This document shows positions 1 to 6,809 of a DNA stretch of 30,209 bases, piece by piece (within the stretch, counting starts at the first letter, position 1; each line of letters opens with the position of its first letter). The notes beneath the pieces were generated by a model, which worked only from the letters and a program-made list of their open reading frames with translations, was not told the DNA's origin and did not search any database. Origin of the DNA: an uncultured Clostridium sp. (GTDB lineage Bacteria; Bacillota; Clostridia; TANB77; CAG-508). The stretch is taken from positions 1 to 30,209 of the forward strand of contig USBY01000018.1 in the NCBI GenBank assembly GCA_900553015.1. Reading direction: 5' to 3'. Position numbers and translations under genes: made by a program.

Positions 1-86
1 AAGCAGGAATGGTATTAGGAATTATAGGTGTTTCTCTTTGTTGTTTTATATACTTATGGTTTATATTTGCTATTTTAATGCAATAG
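1..86 (+). CDS. 3' end of an upstream membrane-protein gene (partial; ...AGMVLGIIGVSLCCFIYLWFIFAILMQ*)
   Basis: Open frame 3 runs from the window edge to TAG at 84-86; the translated tail is hydrophobic and helix-like. Confidence 0.35.
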   Translation, partial: AGMVLGIIGVSLCCFIYLWFIFAILMQ

Positions 87-249
87 AAGAAGTGATTAAG
101 CAAAATAAAAAGTGGAATTTATAGTATATGACGAAGAACAAAATAGAAAATTTTTAGCTAGTAAGTTAGATGAACAAAAAATACTGTACATTTTTGAGTT
201 TTTTTGTTATAATATGTAAGAATTTTAAAAGGAAAGGAAACGTGAAATT

Positions 250-312
250 ATGAAAAGACTTGAAACCCTTGCGGGAGTACACACACACACACACACACAC
301 AAGTGCATTTAG
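250..312 (+). CDS. Possible 20-aa leader peptide MKRLETLAGVHTHTHTHKCI carrying the (AC)n tract
   Basis: ATG at 250 follows GGAAAGGAAA about 9 nt upstream; the (AC)11 repeat is read as His-Thr codons; stop TAG at 310-312. A strong hairpin follows at 353-400. Speculative. Confidence 0.2.
   Translation: MKRLETLAGVHTHTHTHKCI
279..300. repeat. Perfect dinucleotide microsatellite (AC)11
   Basis: Directly visible: acacacacacacacacacacac. A 22-nt GC-containing simple repeat in a very AT-rich genome, 140 nt upstream of the ATPase operon. Confidence 0.95.
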
Positions 313-352
313 TGAACTAGTTGTTAAGGCAACAAGTCTTTTTGTCATACAT

Positions 353-400
353 AAAAAGGAACCTAAATTATGGTAAAAACTATAATTTGGGTTCCTTTTG
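353..400 (+). terminator. Strong hairpin with A-tract/T-tract flanks (intrinsic terminator or attenuator)
   Basis: aaaaaGGAACCtAAATT...(loop)...AATTTgGGTTCCtttt: a 12-bp stem with one mismatch, extended by A/T-run pairing, T-run at 396-399. It ends 41 nt before the ATG at 441. Confidence 0.6.
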
Positions 401-440
401 CTGTCTATAAAAAAAGAAAGGAGTAATTAAAGGGTAGAAC

Positions 441-3131
441 ATGAAAAATGATGCTATAATTACAGAACTTGAAGATGGAGAATTTTTGGCAACAGATATA
501 ATAGAAGTATTTGAAATACCGGACATTGCTATTTTAAATACTAATTTAAATGAGAGAGAGACAACGTTAAAGGTAAAAAACACTTTTAAAGAGTTATTAA
601 GTGAAATTTATATAAGTTGCAATCAAAATAGGCCAAAATGGTATGAAAATGATGACTATAGTATAGAAATTGTTTTTTCATCAACTGAAGTCGAAAATCA
701 AACATTTAATGCAAAAGTTAACATTTACATAATTTTAAGAGGGATAAATGAAAATAAAGAATTTCTAGTAAATAAAATATCAGAATTAAAAAATCTAGTA
801 AAAGTAACACTAAATTATAGTAAGTTTTCAATTAAGGAAATAGATAAAAAATTGGAGACTTTAGAACAAATAAAGTATAGATTTAAGCAAAATAAAAGGG
901 CAATTGTAAAAGATACAGAGGTTCAACAACTTCAAAATATGTACATTCCACAAGTAGATATGTTCGATAGATTTGCAGAAAAAATTACTAATTGTACCAA
1001 AATAGTTAATACATTGATGCAGTATCCTAATTCTCAAGTAATAATAGATTTAATACCTACAGTATTAAATAGTACTGAATCAACTGGATTAGAGCAATTA
1101 GTAAATACATTAGATATATTAAAAAACAATCTTCAAAATGCGAACAGCAATTTTTCGACTATGTTTATAGATAAAGTTTTGTCAAACTATAGATATTATG
1201 AAGAAAGAAAAAATGGACCAATGTTTTTGTATAACATAGTTGTTTGTGCTAATGAGCTATTTATAAACAATATAATAAGTAATTTAAATACAGAATTCGG
1301 AATGACAGAAGATGCGAATATTATTAATTTAAAGAATATTAGCATAGATAATACAGAAATTGATATAGATACATACTTTTATAGCTTACCATGGGTATTT
1401 AACGAAATTATTTTAGATAAGACATCAAGTAATACTATAAATTCTGTATTAAAGAGATTGCCATACATGGTTACAATGGAAGAAGCAACCGAATTTTTTA
1501 GGTTACCATATGGTGATAATCGCTTAACTGCGGGAATAAATATAAATAGACTGGAAAGCGGAATAAAGGAATACAGTAAAAAGGTAATCAATAATGGAGA
1601 TATTATTGTCGGAAATTTAAAAAATGCGGGAAATTCGAACACAAAAATAGGTTTTGATTTAGGCGATTTAGTTAAACATATGCTAATAGTAGGAACTCCT
1701 GGATCTGGAAAGACAACTTTTTCAATTGGATTATTAGATAGAATTTGGAAGGAGTTTTCGATACCATTTTTGGTAATTGAACCAGCAAAAAATGAATATA
1801 GAGCTATGATAGATTCAATTCCAGATATACAAGTTTTTACTCCTGGAAAGGACTTTATATCTCCATATATAATAAATCCATTTATTCCACCTAAAAATGT
1901 TAGATTACAAAGTTATAAAACCGTTTTGAAAACAGCATTTTCTGCTGCAATAGAATTAACAACACCTTTAGATAAACTGTTTGAGGAAACATTAGATGAA
2001 TGTTACTCGAATGCTGGGTGGCTACCATATTATACTATTGATGATGGTGGAGACATTTTCACAATGGATGATTTTTTAAAAACATTTATGCAAGTTTTTG
2101 AAAGAATTGGATATAAAGGAGAAGCATCTAATATAGGCAAAGCTGGATATGTAAGATTGAAAAGCTTACTTAGAATATTTGGAAGTTATAATACAATTCC
2201 AGTAGAAGATTTATTAAAAAAACCAACCATAATTGAGCTTGCAGCAATAGAAAATGAAAAACAAAAATCGCTAATTATAGCACTATTACTATTAAATATC
2301 CAATCATATATTAATGCAAATTATATAGGAACTGGAGAAATGAAAAATTTATTATTACTAGAAGAAGCACATGTATTGTTAGGTGCAAGTGACAAACAAG
2401 CTGATGGCGATGCTAATCCTAGTGCAGTAGCAAAAGAATTATTAGTAAGGATGTTTGCAGAAATTAGAGCACTGGGTCTTTCTATGGTAATTGCAGATCA
2501 ATCACCAGAAAAGGTAACAAGTGACATAATCAAATTAACTAATATTAAACTGGCATTTAATCTGGTCGAGCAGAGTGACAGGGTTATCTTAGGAAATAGT
2601 ACTGCAATGAATGATAAGCAAAAGGAAAGGTTAACACAGCTAGGCCCAGGAGAAGCATATTTTTATATGAATGGATTAAAAGAACCAGAAGAAGTAATAA
2701 CAGAAAATTATAGGGAAAAAGTAAATATACGAACCACTATTTCAGATGATGAAATAGCTAAAAGAACTACATATTGGAAGGATAAACAAGATAAATTAAA
2801 GCCATATTTAGAATGCCAGTTTATAAATTGTTGCAATGATGGATGTGATTATAGAATTAGAGCAGAAGCAGATGAATATTCAAGAAGAATATATAGCAAA
2901 TATTTTAACGAAGAAAGTAAAGATAAAGAATTATTAGTACAAGTGTATTCAAATTTTAAAGAAGAATTAGATGCAATTGTAAATAAAGATGTAAATAATA
3001 AATTATTATGGTGTACTAAGGTACATTTCTTAAGAAGAATAATTTATTATACAAAAATAAACTTTTCAAAAAAAGCAGCACGAAAAACATTATTAAACGA
3101 GATTAATAAGGAGGCGAAAGAAAATGAATGA
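441..3131 (+). CDS. HerA/FtsK-superfamily (DUF87-like) P-loop ATPase with a ~400-aa unassigned N-terminal domain and a C-terminal Cys cluster
   Basis: Walker A GTPGSGKTT (nt ~1690-1716) preceded by IGFDLGDLVKHMLIVG, typical of HerA/DUF87. Walker B LLLLEEAHVLL (the 'EEAH' HerA signature). ADQSPEKV resembles the HerA ATQRP/Q-R segment. C-terminal CQFINCCNDGCDY. No hydrophobic segments. Confidence 0.7.
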   Translation: MKNDAIITELEDGEFLATDIIEVFEIPDIAILNTNLNERETTLKVKNTFKELLSEIYISCNQNRPKWYENDDYSIEIVFSSTEVENQTFNAKVNIYIILRGINENKEFLVNKISELKNLVKVTLNYSKFSIKEIDKKLETLEQIKYRFKQNKRAIVKDTEVQQLQNMYIPQVDMFDRFAEKITNCTKIVNTLMQYPNSQVIIDLIPTVLNSTESTGLEQLVNTLDILKNNLQNANSNFSTMFIDKVLSNYRYYEERKNGPMFLYNIVVCANELFINNIISNLNTEFGMTEDANIINLKNISIDNTEIDIDTYFYSLPWVFNEIILDKTSSNTINSVLKRLPYMVTMEEATEFFRLPYGDNRLTAGININRLESGIKEYSKKVINNGDIIVGNLKNAGNSNTKIGFDLGDLVKHMLIVGTPGSGKTTFSIGLLDRIWKEFSIPFLVIEPAKNEYRAMIDSIPDIQVFTPGKDFISPYIINPFIPPKNVRLQSYKTVLKTAFSAAIELTTPLDKLFEETLDECYSNAGWLPYYTIDDGGDIFTMDDFLKTFMQVFERIGYKGEASNIGKAGYVRLKSLLRIFGSYNTIPVEDLLKKPTIIELAAIENEKQKSLIIALLLLNIQSYINANYIGTGEMKNLLLLEEAHVLLGASDKQADGDANPSAVAKELLVRMFAEIRALGLSMVIADQSPEKVTSDIIKLTNIKLAFNLVEQSDRVILGNSTAMNDKQKERLTQLGPGEAYFYMNGLKEPEEVITENYREKVNIRTTISDDEIAKRTTYWKDKQDKLKPYLECQFINCCNDGCDYRIRAEADEYSRRIYSKYFNEESKDKELLVQVYSNFKEELDAIVNKDVNNKLLWCTKVHFLRRIIYYTKINFSKKAARKTLLNEINKEAKENE

Positions 3132-3327
3132 TTTTATGCAAGGGTTAAGAGACATGGTAAAAGACGATGAAGAATACGCAACTGACTTAAGCAAAAAAAC
3201 AGAAATAAATGATGTACAAGATACAAAAGATGATGCAGATGAACCAATAGATGATTTATCAATTTCCAGAACCCGAGATGTACCAAAGGAAAATAAGAAA
3301 AAAGAAGATGATGAGTTAGTAAAATAA
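3124..3327 (+). CDS. Small, highly acidic, probably disordered protein (67 aa), translationally coupled to the ATPase
   Basis: Strong SD AAGGAGG 8 nt before ATG 3124; overlaps the ATPase stop (ATGAATGA); composition D/E/K-rich. Confidence 0.5.
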   Translation: MNDFMQGLRDMVKDDEEYATDLSKKTEINDVQDTKDDADEPIDDLSISRTRDVPKENKKKEDDELVK

Positions 3328-3364
3328 TTAAGTTATAGAAGGGAGATAGTTAGCAAAACTAACA

Positions 3365-4549
3365 GTGAGAGATATGGAGTTATATAGTGTAATAAAAAAT
3401 GATAGTTTGAATAATGAATTAGTTTGGAAATGTTTAAATGAAGATTTTAATAACAATAGCCAATTAATTGTTATGGAATCAGAGGAAGCTTTATTTGTTA
3501 ACAATGGTGTAATAGTTGAAAGCTTTACAGGTGGAAAATATACTTTAAATACAGAAAACTATCCTTTTATAAAAGGCTTAAGAAAGTCTATTTCTGGAGG
3601 CGAAAATGCTTTTAATTGCAAAGTATATTTTGTTAACAAAACTCATAAATTAGAATTACTCTGGGGAACAGATTCTCCTATACAAATAAGGGATGCAGAA
3701 TTTAATTTCGCAGTAGGAGTAAGAGCAAGAGGAAGTTATTCTATACAAGTAGCAGATGCAAAAAAATTTTTAATAAAACTTGTTGGAGTTAATACACAAT
3801 CATTTACAGAAGAGGAATTAAAGAATCAATTTAGAACAGTATTTCAAACAAAAATAAAAGTAATAATCGCCAATGTTATGAAAAATTCACATTATACAGT
3901 TTTAGATATGAATACTGAGTTAGAAAGTATTGGTGATATGGCAAAAGAGCAACTAGCAGAGGTTCTAGATGAATATGGTATTAGGTTAGTTAATTTTTAT
4001 GTTTCTGATATTTCTATACCAGAAAATGATCCAAACTATAAAATAATTAACGAAGCATATGCAAAAGCTCATGCAGGAAAAATAGAAATAGATGTACAAG
4101 GAGAAATGTGGAATAAGCTAACTGCAAAAGAGCTTGCAAAAGATTTAGCAAATAATCCTAATGCAGGTGGAGTAGCTGCAGCAGGAGCAGGTATTGGTAT
4201 GGGAATTGCTTCAGCAGGAGCTTTTGGAAATATTGCTAATCAATTGTTTTCTCCTTTAAATGAAGGAAACAACAATAGTAATAATAATGCTAATACTAAT
4301 ACTAATACACAAATGCAAAGTGAACCTAAAAAATCTAGATTTGCACCTAAAACTGCGAATGTCGAAAATAATACAACAACGGAAAAGATGACCAAATGTC
4401 CTAACTGTGGTAAAGAGATTTCAGAAAATAGTAAATTCTGTAGCAATTGTGGAGCTAAAATAGAAACAAGCTATTGTAAAAATTGCGGAGAAAAATTAGA
4501 ACCAGGAGCTAAATTTTGTAGTAATTGTGGAACTAGGAGGGATGAATAA
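3365..4549 (+). CDS. SPFH/band-7 (stomatin/prohibitin/flotillin-like) protein with C-terminal double zinc ribbon (COG4260/YdjI-like)
   Basis: N-terminal region MELYSVIKND..NELVWK...LIVMESEEALFVNNGVIVESFTGGKYTLNTENYPF matches the conserved COG4260 start. Gly/Ala-rich linker and N/T-rich low-complexity stretch. Terminal KCPNCGKEI...FCSNCGA...YCKNCGEKL...FCSNCG gives two Cys4 zinc ribbons. Start is either GTG 3365 or ATG 3374. Confidence 0.6.
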   Translation: MRDMELYSVIKNDSLNNELVWKCLNEDFNNNSQLIVMESEEALFVNNGVIVESFTGGKYTLNTENYPFIKGLRKSISGGENAFNCKVYFVNKTHKLELLWGTDSPIQIRDAEFNFAVGVRARGSYSIQVADAKKFLIKLVGVNTQSFTEEELKNQFRTVFQTKIKVIIANVMKNSHYTVLDMNTELESIGDMAKEQLAEVLDEYGIRLVNFYVSDISIPENDPNYKIINEAYAKAHAGKIEIDVQGEMWNKLTAKELAKDLANNPNAGGVAAAGAGIGMGIASAGAFGNIANQLFSPLNEGNNNSNNNANTNTNTQMQSEPKKSRFAPKTANVENNTTTEKMTKCPNCGKEISENSKFCSNCGAKIETSYCKNCGEKLEPGAKFCSNCGTRRDE

Positions 4550-5211
4550 TGAAGAATAATAAGGTGGTTTATTCACTAATACTAGTTGTTGCATTAATAA
4601 TAATTAATGTAGTAATTTTTCTATCATTACAAACATATTCAGCAAGTAGAATTTTAAATATTATATGCTTAAATGTAGCTATTATAATTTTATGGTTTTT
4701 TATATTTATAAATTTAAAAGAGGCTAATAATAAATATCTAAATTATACTAAAATACCAATTGTTTTAGTATATGCATTGCTAACAATTATATTAAGTATA
4801 ATTTTAATAATAATTAATCCGGAAACAGTAGTTAGTACTGTAATTATCCAGGTAATTATTCATGGGATATTTGTAATTTCAATACTAACAAACAAATTAG
4901 CAGATAATACAACCGAAAGTTTAGAGAAAAATCAAAATAATAGAGTAGAGGATATAAGAAAAATTTCTAATGAATTAAATACTCTTTTGTTAGGGATAAA
5001 AGATGATAAATTATATAAAAGAATAGAGAAAGTTTATGATTCATCAAGAAGTCTAAAAGTGAATATTAATGGAAATTCAGAAGAAATAGACAATACTATT
5101 TTGAATTTAATAGATTTATTAAAAATAAAAATTAGCGAAAATAATTTAACAGAAATAGAGAATGTTATAACATATATAAACAATAAATTTATGGAAAGAA
5201 ATAATTTATAA
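4549..5211 (+). CDS. Polytopic membrane protein (about 4-5 TM helices) with C-terminal coiled-coil-like soluble tail
   Basis: Start ATG overlaps the previous stop (TAATG). N-terminal 120 aa strongly hydrophobic; C-terminal K/E/N-rich heptad-like sequence. Confidence 0.55.
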   Translation: MKNNKVVYSLILVVALIIINVVIFLSLQTYSASRILNIICLNVAIIILWFFIFINLKEANNKYLNYTKIPIVLVYALLTIILSIILIIINPETVVSTVIIQVIIHGIFVISILTNKLADNTTESLEKNQNNRVEDIRKISNELNTLLLGIKDDKLYKRIEKVYDSSRSLKVNINGNSEEIDNTILNLIDLLKIKISENNLTEIENVITYINNKFMERNNL

Positions 5212-5227
5212 TGGGGGAGAAGATAAA

Positions 5228-6430
5228 ATGGTAAAATTAAAAGATGCAAAATGTCCAAACTGTGGAGCAAATATAGAAGTTAATGATGCGTTAGAAAAAA
5301 CAATTTGTCAATATTGTGGAAGTACAGTAATTATAGAAGAAGCAATAGAAAAATATAAAGTAGAGCTTTCTGGCAAAGTAGAAGTAGAAGGAATAAAAGG
5401 AAGAAATGATAAATTAACACAAGCTAAAAAGCATATGTCATTAGCAGAATATGATGTAGCTAAAAAAATACTATTGGAAATTATTGCTGATGATCAATTT
5501 GATACAGAGGCATATATAGAATTAGTAAAAGTAGATATTGAACTTTTAGAAAAAATGAATTTTGATCCAACTACTTCAAAATTTAGAGATTCAAAAGGAT
5601 GGAATCTATTAGAAGAAGTTGATAAAAATTACGAAAGAATTAAAAAAATAGATGATAATAATATAGCTGAAGGTTTACTTTCAGACTACAAAGAAAAATT
5701 AGATCATTATTGTAATATGATAGAGGAGGCCAAAAATCAAGATAAAAAATTAGCGGAATATGTAGAAATATTAAATGGTCATCTTGAAAAATTACTAAAA
5801 ATATCGGATGAATGTGCAGGAGCATGGATAAATGGAATTTGTGGAAAATATTTTGATATGATTGGACTATATACAAATTATGAAGCTAATGCAATGAATG
5901 GGTCAAATTTTACAGATAGATATAAATTGCGTAAATTTACTAAAATTACAAGAGATGGGATTGTAGAAGGAGAATATCGCAAAGTAAGTAATAATTATAC
6001 GACCAATCCATTAAAAGAAAATTTGCATTTAACAAATCCGAATAAAATATTAACTTTTGATCAAATAGGAGAAAGTATAAAAGAAATAGATGAAATGACA
6101 CCTACATATATAGCAGAATCAACAAATATTAGGAATAAAGAAATTGATAAAGCAAACGGAAAACTTGAAAGAGAAAATGCGTATGCAGATGTAAAAAATA
6201 CTTTAAAATATATTTGGATAGGCTTTCTATGCCTTTGGGTATTAGGTTTCGTTATAGCTACAATAATGACTTTAATAAATAATTTTGTAGCAGGAATAGC
6301 AATGATTATTTTCTTAGATAGTTGGTTAGTATTAATACCAATTGGTTGGATAAGAGATGCAAAAGATGATATTGATTATAATAAAAAATTAAAAGAAACA
6401 AATAAGCTTTTAAAACAAGATAAGGTATAA
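5228..6430 (+). CDS. Protein with N-terminal zinc ribbon, helical/repeat region and two C-terminal TM helices
   Basis: SD GGGGAGAAG upstream. CPNCGANIEV-x-CQYCGS Cys4 ribbon at aa 9-31. C-terminal YIWIGFLCLWVLGFVIATIMTL and IAMIIFLDSWLVLIPIGWI hydrophobic helices. Confidence 0.55.
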   Translation: MVKLKDAKCPNCGANIEVNDALEKTICQYCGSTVIIEEAIEKYKVELSGKVEVEGIKGRNDKLTQAKKHMSLAEYDVAKKILLEIIADDQFDTEAYIELVKVDIELLEKMNFDPTTSKFRDSKGWNLLEEVDKNYERIKKIDDNNIAEGLLSDYKEKLDHYCNMIEEAKNQDKKLAEYVEILNGHLEKLLKISDECAGAWINGICGKYFDMIGLYTNYEANAMNGSNFTDRYKLRKFTKITRDGIVEGEYRKVSNNYTTNPLKENLHLTNPNKILTFDQIGESIKEIDEMTPTYIAESTNIRNKEIDKANGKLERENAYADVKNTLKYIWIGFLCLWVLGFVIATIMTLINNFVAGIAMIIFLDSWLVLIPIGWIRDAKDDIDYNKKLKETNKLLKQDKV

Positions 6431-6458
6431 AATTTAAAGGAGATAATTTATAAAATAC

Positions 6459-6486
6459 TTGCAAAATAAAAATATCATGATATAAT
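6459..6486 (+). promoter_or_regulatory. Sigma-A-type promoter for the ileS leader
   Basis: TTGCAA (6459-6464), 16-nt spacer, TATAAT (6481-6486). Confidence 0.5.
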
Positions 6487-6534
6487 AGATGCACATAAAA
6501 AAGACAAAATAAGGACAACACAGTTATAAATTAG

Positions 6535-6745
6535 TCTTTAAGAGAGCTAGATGTATGCTGAAATTCTAGTAAGATAAAATATAATTGTTATCACCTTATA
6601 TGTTGCGAAACTGAACTAATAGTAAGTTTTGTCGTATATTCTGCGTTAAAGAAATTAGAGAGAATAACGTAAGTTATTAAATTAGGTGGTACCGCGGAAT
6701 TATGCCCTTTTCGTCCTAAACAGGATGAAAAGGGCTTTTTGATTG
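6535..6745 (+). promoter_or_regulatory. T-box riboswitch leader (Ile-specific) with terminator, upstream of ileS
   Basis: AGAGA motif at ~6539. Candidate specifier AUCA at 6590-6593. Canonical T-box sequence AATTAGGTGGTACCGCGG at ~6679-6697. Terminator GCCCTTTTCGTCC...GGATGAAAAGGGC plus TTTTT at 6704-6740. Confidence 0.85.
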
Positions 6746-6809
6746 TTGATTTTACAATACTTTAGTAAAGTGAAATCCCTAATAAAAAATAAAAGAAGGA
6801 GGAATTACA

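Noticed and set aside
166-348. 60-aa minus-strand ORF spanning the (AC)n tract (reads it as VCVCVC)
   Set aside because: It has no SD and its low-complexity translation is driven entirely by the repeat; the region is better explained as a + strand leader/terminator.
380-583. 67-aa minus-strand ORF overlapping the start of the ATPase gene
   Set aside because: Antisense to a well-supported CDS with a hydrophobic, low-complexity translation typical of AT-rich antisense frames; no SD.
1379-1642. 87-aa minus-strand ORF antisense to the ATPase gene
   Set aside because: Antisense, low-complexity and hydrophobic with no SD; typical AT-rich antisense frame.
4240-4446. 68-aa minus-strand ORF antisense to the SPFH gene
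   Set aside because: Antisense to a well-supported CDS; L/V-rich low-complexity translation; no SD.
5034-5270. 78-aa minus-strand ORF antisense to the 4549 membrane-protein gene
   Set aside because: Antisense, low-complexity, no SD.
5640-6521. Two minus-strand ORFs (5640-5876, 6306-6521) antisense to the 5228 gene
   Set aside because: Antisense to a well-supported CDS; low-complexity translations; no ribosome-binding sites.
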